Shown here in pieces: positions 25,754 through 40,900 of a DNA stretch of 64,000 nt (positions within the stretch are counted from its first letter, which is position 1; each line of letters starts with the position of its first letter). Position numbers and translations under genes: made by a program. The DNA is from Blepharisma stoltei ATCC 30299 (taxonomy: Eukaryota > Protista > Ciliophora), in NCBI GenBank assembly GCA_965603825.1, contig CBFDEM010000055.1:468925-532924 (forward strand), given 5' to 3'. A model generated the notes under the pieces. The model ran no database searches, was not told the origin of the DNA, and was given only the letters and a program-made list of their open reading frames with translations.

Positions 25754-28700
25754 ATGTTTTATACCAAAGATACCACACAAAATTTTGGTTATTATCTGCT
25801 CCTGTGAAAACTGCTTGTATCAATTTTTATATTGAATTTCTGCAATTGCTTAGAAATAATTGTGATTTACAAAAAAAATAGTTCTATCTGAAGCGAAAAC
25901 TTTATTTTTGAGTTATCATCTGATAATAATGCCTTTACTGGCTGGCATAACTGTGAATATTCAGAGATTTCAATTTGCCTTAATCTTTATGAAAATGCTG
26001 GTCTAGTTTTAGACTTAACAGAAAGCATTGAAACTCAGTTTTTTATTTCAGAAATGTGCAAAGAAAGAGAAATTTCCCATTTGGTGTTTGAAAATAAGTT
26101 AAATTATATTGATCATTGAACTTTCTCAATAATGCCTTCATCTTCGGACCAAATTAAATCTTTTATAGCTTACTCAAATATTTTGGTTGAGAAAGAGGCC
26201 TTATGATCTATAATGGGATAAAAAATTTTTTAAAAGAATATGCGGAAAAATACTCAGAAAATTTTGACTATTTAACTATTGAGGAAGAAGCAAATACAGA
26301 CGATTTAGTTAAGCGAATTATTACTCCACTTGGAGAAACTTTATATTATGTTTTTATGGAATCTTCTGAATCTTTAAAATTGCAGAGTGCTTTAATAGCT
26401 ACAAATCTTTTAACAACTGGAAATGCAATTGTTTTTGATCAGAAAAGCGGATATGGCTGCGCAGTTGATGGAATTTTAATTGTTACTGTTAAAGGAGAAG
26501 AGCTCAGTTCTTCGAACGAGGACTATTTAAAATCGTCAATGCGGAGGATAATTTCTTATTTATTAGATCACATTAAAACTGAAAGCAGCCTTGAAATTCA
26601 TTTTCAATTAAATTTATTTTCAAAAAATAATACAAGAGAATTTTCTTTATTAAATGTCCAAGATGGAAAAAGAGTAATAGTAGGCGAAATAAATAATGGG
26701 AAATTATTTATATTAAAAAAATTTCTTTTCCAGGCAATTCTAAAGAAATCCCTAAATCGCAAAAAAAAATATTACAGCTAAGCATTGAAGCTGGCTCTTC
26801 AAATCCAACTGGTCCACCTATATCTGTCGGACAAATTGGAGGATATGGCTCATATGCAGCCCGTGATATAATTAACGTCAGCTCTGGGCTTCTTGATAAC
26901 TTTAAAATCAGCCTTTTCAATTTTGATTGTGGAGTCACTATTTATAACTCCACATTTGCTAATACTTGCTATTTAAAAGATAAAAACAGTTTTGGCCTAG
27001 CACATATATCAGCCTGAGCATCAGTTATGGCAATCGGGTCAATGAAATCTTTTAACCAGCTAAATTTATCCTTCCCTGTTATAAGTGCTTCGAATGGAGA
27101 TGTCACGCTTAATTCGACAAAAAATTACCCAATGTATATGAGAATTCAGGCTTCTTTTTCTCATGAATATTCATTAATTCCTATTTTTATTCGTGCTTTA
27201 GGCTGGAGAAAGGTGGCAGTCCTTTATCAAAATGATACATGAGGCCTGTCTGGGTACGTTTATTTTAACCAAGGAAGTAAAGGCCATGATTTATCTTTAG
27301 TTAACCCAGAAAGTAGCAGAGCTTTTCCTGGGAATCTTAATAGAGAGGAAGTAAAAGAACATTCGCATATACTTCAAGAAATAGTAAACTCTGAGGCGAG
27401 ATTTTTGATTTTAATAATGCAGTATCCGACTGCTTATTATATTTTTGAAGAATTTTATGATTTAGGATTAAGAAAAGGGGATCTAGTAATTTTTACATCA
27501 CTTTCAGACCTGATTACATTTTCCGCATATGATAATGCTTATAAACATAAAGTATATGAAGTGGCTGTGCCTATTATGACTGGGCATGGGCAAAGCTGGG
27601 TTGGGCCATTAGGAGAAAAAGCACTTTCGCAAATAGAAAAATCATATGGCGGATTAATAAACTCGTATAGCTGCTTTTATTTTGATGCTATCTTTTTAAT
27701 TACTTATGCGCTGGATTTTATGATTAATAGAGGGATGGACTATACTGATCCTGATAAACTACAAAAAGTTATGAGAAATCAGCAGTTCTATGGGTGTACT
27801 GGGCAAGTTAATATAGAAAAAGGGTCAAATGATAGGATTATCCAAACTTTTGAAATTTTTTTAAATAAAATAGACGAAAATGGAAATTTAACTACTTATG
27901 TGATGGGGCAGTTTCGGCCTCAAAGCACACAGCTAATAACAATCCAAGAGCCTTTGGTATATGCAGATGGCTCCACAACAAAGCCAGCAGACTTAAGAAG
28001 CACTGATTATAAATGCCCTTTCCCTGACAGACTTGTAAAAACCTTCCCAGATGGAAGAGCCTTAGTTTTCGGGATTTGTTTTGGCGTTGGATTAATCTAC
28101 CTTGGCATCGTAATTTATATATGAAATCGATGATGAAAAATTTCTATTGAGCCGCTAAAGCGAAAAGAAGAAATTTCTATGCAAGACGTGATTGAGATCA
28201 GTAATATGCTTTCCCTAAGCCTAAACGATATCCTTAAGCTCCAAAATGGGGTATTTTGAATAGTGGTTGACGTCGTTTTTGGGGCTATAGGCTTATGAGT
28301 AATTTTATGTTTTGTAATTCTTACTAGGCTTGATGAGAAATTTCCGACAATTGTTATGCTGAGACATTTAGACGCTTTAGCTGACTATCTTATGCCAATT
28401 TTAGGGAATCTTTGCTTTATTCCTTTTACTTCAGTGTGCCTTGACATCTTTTTGTGTGACCAATCAATTGGTGATAGCTTTACAGAAAGTTTTCTAGCTT
28501 GGGATTGCTATTATTTTTGCTGAAAAGGTGAGCATTTATATTATGCCGTTTTTTCAGTTTTGGCGCTGACTGCTTATGCTCCGCTTGCAATATTTTGTAG
28601 GCCTCTTTGACAAGAGCTGCAACCGCTTTTGCATGTAAAAGCAATCCCACTTTTTTTGATGGTAAAAACAATGGTTCAAATAATTTTAATTGTGATGAAT

Positions 28701-29111
28701 AAGACAGTCAAAAGGGCTCAAAGCGCCCTTCATGGAGCTTTATTTTTGATAGTGATGCTTATTTATATTAGTTTTTTGCATAAATTCAAGCCTTATAACT
28801 ACGCAAGATTCAGCTGATGGCAAACTTTGATTTTAATAGCAGTTGTATGGCTTGCTTTTCTTTCGATGGTTGCACAGAGTATTGGAGGGAATCCATTTAT
28901 ATTGTCAGCTATGCTATGCTCAGGTTGAGTAGTTATTATATTAGTTGGCATTTATGTGCAGCATAAAAAATACCCAAGTTTACTTTTTCGCAAAAGGGGC
29001 CAAGATACATCAACTTTGTTTAAATTTGCTTTTGCATTTGGCAGGCATTCAAAGCAAGCTTTACAAAAGATTGTTCCGAACACTAATGTAGAAAAGATTA
29101 TTTTAAAGTAA
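25754..29111 (+). pseudogene. Receptor-array copy 6, pseudogene
   Basis: 1-nt deletions near 26171 and in the A-run at 26715-26721, plus an in-frame ~81-nt deletion at 28193/28194 that removes the second TM segment (QDVI|EISN vs QDFIVG...SALASVS). Confidence 0.75.
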
Positions 29112-29284
29112 GAGTCCTGAAAAATATTCGTATTTCTAATAATAAATATAGCATAATAATTAAATTATTGTTTTATTAATTTATGGATAAGATAATAAAT
29201 AGAATTTTATGACGCTAATAAATTGGAATGATCATAGATAATTGAGTTTATATATTATAAAAATTGCTGATTGATATTTTAATT

Positions 29285-29396
29285 AAAAAAATACCCAAAT
29301 TTACTGTATTGAAAAAGGCAATTACACTGCAAACTTGTTGAAATTAGAATACTTTGGAAAACCGTTAAAAATCGATTGTCTAAAATTATTTCAAGT
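29285..29396 (+). pseudogene. Degraded relic of a receptor 3' end
   Basis: aaaaaatacccaaatttactg...gtctaaaattatttcaag matches the KKYPSLLF...SKIV tail of the paralogs. Confidence 0.5.
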
Positions 29397-29551
29397 TTAT
29401 CAATTAAAAGTCCATTGCATGAGCTTGCAGATCTAGAAAAACACTAGTATATAAATGACATCAATAGGTTAAATCAATTTTTTTTATAATTTAATAATAC
29501 CCAATTTGATTAGTTTTAATTTTAGATTTTTATAATATCAATCATTAGCTA

Positions 29552-32500
29552 ATGTCCTATTTGAAAGACTATCCGAAAAATTCTAAAAGTTGTTGACCCT
29601 TGTGATGACAATTGATTTTATTTATTTGTTTGCTGGATATTAGTCGCTGCTTAGAAGTCATTGCGATCTATAATAAAAGCAGTGCAGTAAAATCTTATTT
29701 TAATTTTTCAGATGAGCTTAATTTGCTTGTGGAGTGGCATAATTGTGAATACCAAGAAGCATGAATTTGTTTTAATACATATATGAACTCTATGCTCATT
29801 TTAGACCTAACAGATAGCATTGAATCTCAGTATTATATTTCCAAATTATGCGAAGAGAGAAACATTCCTCACTTGGTGTTTGAAAATAAGCTAAATTACT
29901 TCGATCAGTTAACTTTTTCAGTAACTCCATCTTCTTCAAACCAAATTAATGCGTTTATTACTACTCTTCATTATTTTAGGTGGACTCAAGGCCTTGCAGC
30001 AAATAATGGAATTACAAGCTCTTTAAAAGAAAACCTAAAAAATTACTCAGAAAGCTTTAACTATTTAACAATTGAGTCTGGAGCAAATATTGATGAACTA
30101 GTTAATAGGGTTATAACTCCTTTAGGTGCTACTTTGTATTATATTTTTACGAACTCTTCCGAATCCTATAAATTGCAAAAGGCTTTAATATCCACTAAAC
30201 TCTTATCAAGCGGAAATGGGATTGTTTTAGACCAGAAAAGTGGATATAGCTGCATAGTTGATGGAGCTCTAATTGTTACTGCCAAAGGACAAGAATATAG
30301 TACCTCTGATGGAGATTATATGAAATCATCAATCGAAAGTGTAATTTCTGAACTGCTGAAAAATATTCAAACAGAAAGTAGTATTGAAATCCTTTCTTAT
30401 CTGAATTTTATTTCAAAAAATCATTACAGAAGCCAAAACTTCTCTTTAGTTAATATTCAAAACGGTGAAAGGTTAATAGTAGGAGAAATTTTTGATGAAA
30501 AATTATCAATATTTGGAAATATAACATTTCCAGGGAATTCTTCAAAAATTCCGAAGTCAGAAAAGAAATTTTTGCAGCTGAGCATTGAAGCAGGCTCTAC
30601 AAATCCAATAGGGCCTGCAATTCCTATTGGATTAGTCGGAGGGTATGGCTCATATGCAGCTACAGACGTTATCAACGAAGGTGACTCTGGCCTGCTCACA
30701 AATTTCCAAATCGAAATGTTTAATTTTGACTGTGGAGCCACAATTTATAATGCCACATTTGCTAATGCATGCTATTTAAAAGACAAGGAAAATTTCGGTC
30801 TTGGGCATGTGTCAGCATTAGGTTCTGCTATGGCAATTGGCTCAATGACTTCTTTTAAGCAGCTCAATTTGACATTTCCAATTGTGAGTGCTGCAAATGG
30901 AGACCCAAGTTTAAGTTCTACAGCTGCTTTTCCAATGTACATGAGAGTTCAGCTTTCAAATTCTTATGCATTCTCATTGCTCCCAGTTTTTATCAGAGCC
31001 TTGGGATGGCAGCAAGCCTCAGTTCTTTACCAAAATGATTCCTGGGGAATATCTGCTTACTATTATTTACAGCAAGGCGCTAAAAATAACCAAATTGAGC
31101 TAAAAAATCCAGAAAGCAGCAGAACTATCCCTCCAAATCTCGACAGGAATGGGGTAAAAAAATATTTATATGTTCTTCAAGAGATTATTGATACTCAGAC
31201 AAGATTTTTCATTTCTCTTGTTCAGTATCCAGCTATTTATTTTATTTTTGAAGAATTTTATGATTTAGGACTAAGAAAAGGAGATCTAGTTATTTTAACA
31301 GCGCTCACAGATCTTGTTCCATTCTTAGGATACGACAATTTACATTTATATAAACTATATGAGACAGGAGTTCCAATTATAACTATGTATGGGCAAAGCT
31401 GAGTTGGGCCACTTGGAGCAAAGGCTTTATCAAGAATTTCAAATGCTTATGGAAACCAAAAGAACTCTTATAGCTGCTTTTATTTTGACTCGGTATTTTT
31501 AATTGCTTACGCTTTGGATTATATGATTAACAGAGGACTCGATTATACTAATGCTAATAAATTGAATGAAGTCATGAGAAATCAACAATTTTATGGGTGC
31601 TCTGGAGAGGTCATTATTGAAAAAGGGTCAAATGATCGAATTTTACAAACCTTAGAAATTTTTGCTAACAAATTAGATGAAAATGGAAACTTGACGACGT
31701 ATATTGTGGGGCAGTTTAAGACTCAAAGCACACAGCTTATAAAAATTGAAGAACCTTTGGTATATGCAGATGGGTCAACTATAAAACCTACCGACTTGAG
31801 AAACACCAATTATGAATGCCCATTTCCTAATAGACTTATAAGAACATTTGCAAAAGGAAGAGCATTGGTTTTTGGGATCTGCTTCAGTGTTGCCTTGATT
31901 TCTCTGTTTATTACTATTTACATATGAAAACGATGGTGAAAGATAACTGTTGCACCTTTAACAGTAAAAGAAGAAATTTCTATGCAAGATTTTATTGTCG
32001 GAGCAACAATTGTTATTGAATTTTTCCAATTTTCATCTATGGGCCCTGATTTCTCGCCAATAAACTCTACATTAGCAGGAATAAGCAGTTTATTTTCTCT
32101 CAGTTTGGACAATATTTTGAAGCTGCGGAATGGGATTTTTTGAATAATCGTGAATGCTGTTTTTGGCTCAATAGGATTATGAGTAATCTTATGCTTGGTT
32201 GTGCTTCTACGATTAGATGAAAAATTCCCAACAAATTTTATTTTTAGGAATTTGGATGCTATTGCTGACTATTTTATGCCAATTTTAGGTGATTTGTGCT
32301 TTATTCCGTTTATTTCAATTTGTCTTGATATATTTCTCTGTGATCAGTCTATTGGAGATAATTTTACTGATAGTTTTCTTGCTCAAGACTGTTATTATTT
32401 TTGCTGAAAGGATGAACATTTAGCTTATGCGATTTTGTCTGTGTTTGCTTTAATAGCTTATGAGCCACTTGCTGTATTCTGTAGACCTCTTTGGCAAGAA

Positions 32501-33013
32501 CTTCAGCCTCTTTTGCATGTAAAAGCAGTTCCACTATTTCTGATGGTAAAGACAATAGTTCAGATGACTTTAATTGTGATGAATAAGACAGTAAAAAGAG
32601 CACAAAATAATCTCCATGGAGCTCTATTTATAGCAGTGATGGGTTTCTATATTATTTTTTTATTTAAATTCAAGCCTTATAACTACCCAAGATTCAGCTG
32701 ATGACAAACTTTAGTTTCAATTGCAGTTGTCTGACTAGCTTTTCTATCAATAATTGCTCAAAATGGCGGTGATGACCCACTTATTTTGACATCTATTTTG
32801 ATACTCGGGTTTATAGTCATAGCAATAATTGGAGTTTATGTCCAGCATAAAAAGTATCCAAGTCTGCTATTCAGGAAAAAAGGCCAAGATGCATCTAATT
32901 TATTTAAATTTGCTTTTTCTTTTGGCAGGCATTCAAAACTAGCTTTATCAAAAATTGTTCCAAGCGGAACATCAATGTCATCTCCACGAAAAATTGAAGA
33001 CCCGAGCCCATAA
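29552..33013 (+). CDS. Receptor-array copy 7, 1153 aa
   Basis: ATG 29552 (MSYLKDY), single frame, TAA stop. Confidence 0.85.
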
Positions 33014-33329
33014 TTTTTATATAAATAAACTTAGTCGAAAAACAGTTCTTAATATATTTTGGTTTATAAACTAAGACGTAATTTATTTACATTGAATGTC
33101 CGTTACCTATTTAAAGTTTCATAATCTCTTCATTTAAAACCTTTATTTTGAATGATGTCTAAATAATTTTGCGCAAGCTGCAAATAAATATTAAAAAAAT
33201 GTGATAATGGCATATCAGCATAGCTTAGTGAACAGTGAGGTTTTATACCTCTAGAATATGGTCTAAAACTTCTACCTAAATCAAGATAAAACTGGAGCTT
33301 ATTAAAACTGGAGCTTATTTGAAGAAATG

Positions 33330-33680
33330 ACGTATATTGCAGAAATTAAAACAGCCATTGGTGAAAAACTTACAGAAGTTGAGCTGCCGACAAAAATATA
33401 TTAAAGAAGGAGACCTATCATGAGGCCAAAAAAGGAAGCTTTCTTTTGCAATCGCCCTAATTGGGTACTAAAAAATAGCAATGCTTGGCGAGCCAGCTTC
33501 TGGATGGATTTTGCTGCCAGAAGAAGGATGTAAATGATAAAAAGACAGAATAATTATTTGACCACTAATTATATTGAAGATGCTAATATTTTTGTTGATA
33601 GAATTGCCATCATAGTTGAAGGAAAAGTTCATTCTTAGAAATCCTTTGCTTCTAAAAAAAGTTTGAGTTTGGTTATTAAT
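33330..33680 (+). pseudogene. Decayed ABCA-type ABC transporter nucleotide-binding-domain fragment
   Basis: Across stops and frameshifts it reads GDLS(W)GQKRKLSFAIALIG..KIAMLGEPASG/MDFAARRRM...KDRIIILTTNYIEDANIFVDRIAIIVEGK..FGY. This is the ABCA signature, Walker B, D-loop and H-loop. Confidence 0.75.
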
Positions 33681-33897
33681 AGAAAAATTGATGCAAATGG
33701 AAAAGAATTATCCTAAAAAATAAAATTAGTATATTATCAGCAATTTTTAACTTATAGACGCAAATTTTTAATATATTTTAATATCAAGTTTTAATTCATT
33801 TATATTCCTTACGGTTTTGTAGATTGTATAATTTATGAAAAATATTTTTCTTTTTATCTAAGAGCATGCTTTAAATTATATTGGCAATAACATAAAA

Positions 33898-36800
33898 ATG
33901 GCTGTCTTGAAAACACCTGTTAAACTGTTGAGTAATTGTTGGACCCTATGATGAAAATTGATTGTATTTAGTTGCTTGCTAGATATTAGCAACTGCTTAG
34001 AAGTTATTATGATTTATGAAAAAAGCAGTATCTTGAGTCCAATTTACCTTTTAGATTTTCTAAAAGAGATTAGTCCCCTTATCGAATGACACAACTGTGA
34101 ATATCCAGAGGCATTAAATTGCTTTAACGCTTATGAGAATTCTATGCTTGTTTTAGACCTAACTGATCGCATTGAAAATCAGTTTTTTATTTCAGAATTA
34201 TGTGAAGAAAGAGCAGTTCCTCATTTGCTGTTTGAAAATAAGCTGAATTATATTGATCAATTTACTTTTTCAGTTGCAACATCTCTTTTAGATCAAATCA
34301 ATGCCTTTATTGCTGTTCTTCGCTATTTTGGATGAACTCAAGGCCTTGTTGCAAATAATGGGTTAACCAATTCGATAGGAGAAAATCTTAACAATTACTC
34401 AGAAAAATTCAATTATTTAGCCATTGAATCTGGAGCAAACATTGACGAATTAGTAAATAGAATTATTACTCCCTTAGGATCAACTTTATACTACATTTTC
34501 TTAGACTCTGAAAAATCCTATATAATTCAAAAAGCTTTAATATCCACTAAACTTTTAGATAGTGGAAATGGGATTGTTTTAGATCAGAAAAGTGGATACA
34601 AATGCATAATCAATGGAGCGTTAATTATTACAGTCAAAGGACAAGAATTAAGTGCTTCAGATGAAGATTACAAGAAATCATCAATAAAAAATCTAATTTC
34701 TGAGCTGTTAAATCGCATTCAAACAGAAAGCAAGCTTGAAATCTTTTCTCAGCTAAATTTCCTGCTCAAAAAGCACTCCATTAGTAGAAATTTTTCATTA
34801 ATTAATATCCAAGGAGGCAAAAAAGTTATAGTCGGAGAAATTATTGATGAAAACTTATCAGTTTTTAGAAATATAACATTTCCAGGTAATTGCACTACAA
34901 TTCCAAAATCAGAAAAAAAAATCTTGCAGCTGAGCATAGAGGCAGGCACTTCAAATCCTGTTGGGCCACCTATTCCCTTTGGATTAATTGGAGGATATGG
35001 CTCATATGCAGCTGCAGATGTTATCAATGAAGGCGACTCTGGCGTGCTCACAAATTTCCAAATCGAAATGTTTAATTTTGACTGTGGGACAACAATATAT
35101 AATGCCACATTTGCTAATGCATGCTATTTAAAAGACAAAGAAAAATTTGGTCTAGGACATATATCAGCATTAGGATCAGTCATGACAATTGGCTCAATGA
35201 TTTCTTTTAAGCAGCTCAATTTGACATTTCCAATTGTGAGTGCTGCAAATGGAGATGCAAGCCTGAGTTCTAAAGCTAATTTCCCAATGTACATGAGAGT
35301 TCAGCTTTCAATCTATTATGGATACTCACTACTCCCCGTTTTAATAAGAGCTTTTGGGTGGCAAAAAGTTTCTGTTCTTTACCAAAATGATTCATTAGGA
35401 TTGGCTTCTTATTATTATTTAAGCCAAAGCGCTAAAAACAACAAGCTCTTTATAATTAATCCTGAAAGTAGTCGATCTATCCCTCCAAATCTTGACAGAA
35501 GTGGAGTAAAAAGGTATTCATATCTACTTCAAGAGATTATTGATTCTCAAGCAAGAGTATTTATTTCGCTTGTGCAAAATCCTGCAATTTATTACATATT
35601 GGAAGAATTCTATAATTTAGGACTCAGAAAAGGAGATCTCGTTGTTTTGACTTCGCTTTCAGAAATTGTTCCACTTGTAGGATATGATAATCTATACAAA
35701 TATAAATTATATGAGACTGGAGTTCCAATTATAACTATGTACGGACAAAGCTGAGTTGGACCGCTTGGAGCAAAAGCCTTATTAAAAATTTCAAGTGCTT
35801 ATGGAAACCAGAAGAATTCCTATAGCTGCTTTTATTTTGACTCAGTATTTTTGATAGCTTATGCTTTGGATTATATGATTAATAGAGGATTCGATTATAC
35901 TAATCCTAATAAGCTAAATGAAGTCATGAGGAATCAACAATTTTATGGGTGCACTGGAGAGGTTATTATAGAGAAAGGATCAAATGATAGGATTCTGCAA
36001 GCATTTGAACTTTTTGCAAATAAATTAGATGAGGATAAAAATTTAAAGACTTATATTGTGGGGCAGTTTAAGCCTCAAAGCACAAGACTTTTAAAAATTG
36101 AAGAATCTATGGTATTTGCTGATGGGTCAACAATAAAACCATCTGACCTGAGAAACACCAATTATGAATGTCCTTTTCCGAATAGGCTAATAAAGACTTT
36201 TGCAAAAGGAAGGGCTTTAGTTTTTGGGGTCTGCTTCGGTGTTGCATTAATTTCCCTAATTATTACTATTTATATATGAAGAAGATGGTGAAAAATTTCC
36301 ATTGAGCCATTGAAAACAAAAGAAGAGATTACATTGCAGGATTGTATAGTCGGAGGAACAATTATAATTGAATTTTTTCAATTTTTGGCAATGGGTCCTG
36401 ACTTCTCAGCAATAAACTCTATTATAACTGGAATATTCGATACCTTTTCTCTAAATTTGGACAATATTTTGAAGCTGAGAAATGGCGTTTTTTGAATAAT
36501 TGTTAATGTTGTTTTTGGATCAATTGGATTATGAGTAATTTTGTGTTTGGTTGTACTTCTAAGACTTGATGAAAAATTTCCAACAAATCTTATATTTAGA
36601 TATTTGGATATCCTAGCTAACTATTTGATGCCAATTTTAGGTGATTTGTGCTTTATTCCCTTCATTTCTATTTGTTTGGATATTTTCCTATGTGATCAGA
36701 CAATTGGAGATAATTTTACTGATAGCTTTCTTGCTCAAGACTGCTATTTTTTTTGCTGAACAGGCGAGCATTTAACTTATACAATTTTGTCTGTATTTGC

Positions 36801-37326
36801 TCTAATAGCTTATGAGCCGCTTGCCGTATTTTGCAGACCTCTCTGGCAAGAACTGCAGCCTTATTTGCATGTCAAAGCAGTTCCTCTCTTTTTGATGGTA
36901 AAGACAATGGTTCAAATAATATTGATTGCGATGAATAAGACTGTAAAAAGAGCACAAAGCATCCTCCATGGGATTCTCTTTATATTAGCAATGTTTTTCT
37001 ATATTATTTTTTTATTTAAATTCAAACCATACAACTATCCAAGATTCAGCTGATGACAAGCTTTGGTTTCGACAGGAGTTGTCTGATTTGCCATAATTTC
37101 AATAGCAGCTCAATGTATTGGAGGAACTCCACTTATATTGGTATTTATTTTAATATTGGGACTTGCAATTATTGCTATAATCGGAGTTTATGTTCAGCAA
37201 AAAAAGTATCCAAGCCTCTTATTCCGTAATAAAGGTCAGGATACATCCAATTTATTTAAGTTTGCTTTTTCCTTTGGCAAGTCCTCAAAACTTGCCTTAT
37301 CTAAAATTGTTCCAAATGGAACCTAG
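33898..37326 (+). CDS. Receptor-array copy 8, 1142 aa
   Basis: ATG 33898 (MAVLKTP), single frame, TAG stop with a slightly shortened tail. Confidence 0.85.
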
Positions 37327-37931
37327 CATGAGGAATCAAAGATTCTCATAAGCATTTATTAATATAAATCAGCTATTTTTAGTATTTTTTTATATTATTA
37401 AACAAAAATTAATAAAATATAATTATTATCAATGTTATCATTTATTTTAATTTTATACTTAATATTTACATTAATATCAGTATAAGTATTTTTTAGTTAA
37501 AAAAGTGTCATGAGCATAATTTTTATATAGCTACTTATATATCCTTAAAATAAATAGGCAAATTTTTAGAGGTTAGATTATCGCAAGCCAAAAAAAATTT
37601 ATCATTACACTACGATTATGGCGAAATTTTTGGGTCAAACTCTTTTCTTACCAACTTTTTCCTTCACACTTTCTCTAAGTAATTAAATTAAGAAGCTATT
37701 CAGTTTGGTTTAAGCATAATGAATTTTTTGGTTGTTTTTATCACTTCAAAATTAATAAATTTATATAATACACAATAATTTTTAATATTGTGTCCTAGAT
37801 TTGGGTGACGCAGTCTGAATCTACAAGAAAATATTTATTTTCCTTAATATTATAATTTTTATAAGAAATTTGTTAATCAGACTGTATAAGAGCATAATAA
37901 TAAATATTAATAACTAAAAAAGCATTAAATA

Positions 37932-40900
37932 ATGTCTAGCATGAAAAAGTCTCCTAAAATCTGAAGTAATCGCTGGCTCTCGCTATGAAAATTTGTTGTT
38001 TATATTTGGCTGTTAGATATTGTTGGTTGCTTAGAAATTATTGTGATTTATGAAAAAAGCTCTGCATTTTGAAATATAGCATCCATTTGAGATATATCGG
38101 AAAAATTTAAAAACATTGTTGAGTGGCATAGCTGTGAATATTGAGAGGTATTAAATTGTTTTAATGCATATGAAAACTCTACATTAGTTTTAGACTTAAC
38201 TGATCGAATTGAAACACAATTTTCTGTTTTGAAATTATGTGAAGAGAGAAAAATTCCTCATTTAGTGTTTGATGATAAGCTGAATTATACCGATAAATTA
38301 ACTTTCTCAGTAATACCATCTGCTTCGCATCAAATCAATGCATTTATTTCTGTTTTTCGTTATTTTAGATGAACTCAAGGTCTTGTTGTAAACGATGAAT
38401 TAAAGAATTCTCTCGAAGAAAATCTTAAAAATTACTTAGGAAACTTTTATTATTTGACACTTGAATCTGGTACAAATATCAACGAGTTCGTCAATAGAGT
38501 CATTACTCCTTTAGGTGTAACTTTATACTGTATTTTCTTGAGTCCCATTAAATCTTATAAAATTCAAAATGCTTTAAGATCTGCTAAACTTTTAGCAAGT
38601 GGAAACGGGATTGTTTTAGACCAGAAAAGTGGATATGAGTGTATAATTGATGGAGCCTTGATTATTACTGCCAAAGGGCAGGAATTTTGTTCCACAGAAG
38701 AAGATTATATGAAATTATCAATCGAAAGTGTAATTTCTGAATTGCTTGAGCGCATTGAAACAGAGAGCAGCCTTGAAATCCTTTCTCAGTTAAATTTTCT
38801 ATTAGGCAAAGACTACAGCAGCAAAAATTTTTCATTAATTAATATTCAAGAAGGAAAAAGAATCGTAGTTGGAGAAATTGCTAGCGAAAAAGTATCAATA
38901 TTTGGAAATATCATTTTTCCAGGCAATTCTACAATAATTCCGAAGTCTGAAAAGAAAGTTTTGCAATTGAGCATTGAAGCAGGCTCTACAAATCCAACAG
39001 GGCCTCCAACACCTTTTGGATTGATTTCAGGATATGGCTCATTTGCAGCTCGAGACGTGATTAACGAAGGAGATTCTGGCCTGCTCACAAATTTCCAAAT
39101 CGAAATGTTTAATTTTGACTGTGGAGCATTAATTTATAATGCCACATTTGCCAATGCATGCTACTTGAAAGATAAAGATAAATTTGGCCTAGGACATATT
39201 TCAGCTTGGGGATCATCGATGACAATTGGCTCAATAACTTCTTTTAATCAGTTCAATTTCTCTTTTCCTATTGTAGGTGCTGCAAATGGAGATCCAAACC
39301 TGAGCTCAACAGCTAATTTTCCTACTTACATGAGAGTCCAGGTTTCAAATGTTTATGGATACTCTTTACTTCCAGTATTTATCAAAGCTTTTGGCTTCCA
39401 AAAAGCTTCAGTCATTTATCAAAATGATAGCTGGGGACGCACTTCTTATAGTTACTTGAACCAAAGTGCCAAAAATCATAATATGGATTTTATGAACTCA
39501 GAAAGCAGCAGACAAATTCCAGCAGACCTTGATCGAAATACCATCAAAAATTATATAAATACACTCCAAGAGATTATTGATTCTCAGACAAGAATTTTAA
39601 TTTCACTTGTTGAATATCCATCAATTTACTATATATTGGAAAAATTTTACGATTTAGGACTTAGAAAAGGAGATCTGATTATTTTAACATCAGTTGCAGA
39701 AATTGTTCCGTTTACAGGATATGACAACTTATATAAATATAAATTATACGAAACTGGAGTTCCAATTGTAACAATGTTCGGGCAAAGCTGAGTTGGGCCA
39801 CTTGGAGCAAAAGCTTTTACGAAGATTTCAAAAGTTTATGGAAGCCAAATGAGTTTCTACAGCTGTTTTTATTTTGACGCAGCTTTTTTGATCGCTTATG
39901 CTTTGGATTATATGATTAACAGAGGACTCGATTATACTAATTCAACTAAATTGAATGAAATCATGAGAAATCAACAATTTTATGGATGCACTGGAGAAGT
40001 TACCATAGAAAAAGGATCCAATGACAGAATTATACAAGCCTTTGAAATTTTTGCAAATAAACTCGATGACACTGGAAACTTGGTAACCTACTTTGTGGGG
40101 CAGCTTAGGCCTCAAAGTACTCAACTTATAAAAATAGATAAGCCATTAGTGTTTGGAGATGGGTCGATAACAAAGCCAGCTGATATAAGAACCAGAGATT
40201 ATACGTGTCCTTTTCCTAATAGGCTTGTAAAGACATTTGCAAAAGGAAGAGCTTTAGTTTTTGGGATTTGCTTTACTGTTGCATTAATTTCCCTTGTAAT
40301 TACTATTTATATATGAAAAAGATGGTGAAAAATCTCTGTTACTCCACTTACAGCAAAAGAAGAAATTTCTATGCAAGATTTCATAGTTGGTGCAACCATT
40401 GTTATTGAATTTTTCCAATTTTCTTCAATGGGTCCTGATTTCTCTCCAATTAACTCTACATTGGCTAATATATCTAACTATTTTTCTCTTAGCTTGGACA
40501 GTATTTTTAAGCTGCGAAATGGGATTTTTTGAATCATTGCTAATGCTGTTTTTGGATCTATAGGGCTATGAGTGATCTTATGCTTGGTTGTACTTCTGCG
40601 GCTTGATGAAAAATTTCCTAATAATTTTATTTTCAGAAATTTAGATGCATTTGCTGACTATTTTATGCCAATTCTAGGCGATTTATGTTTCATTCCTTTT
40701 ATTTCAATTTGTCTAGATATCTTCTTATGCGACCAATCAATTGGAGATAATTTTACTGATAGTTTTCTTGCCCAAGATTGCTATTATTTTTGCTGAAAAG
40801 ATGAACATTTAGCTTATGCGATTTTGTCTGTGTTTGCTTTAATAGCTTATGAGCCACTTGCTGTATTCTGTAGACCTCTTTGGCAAGAACTGCAGACTCT

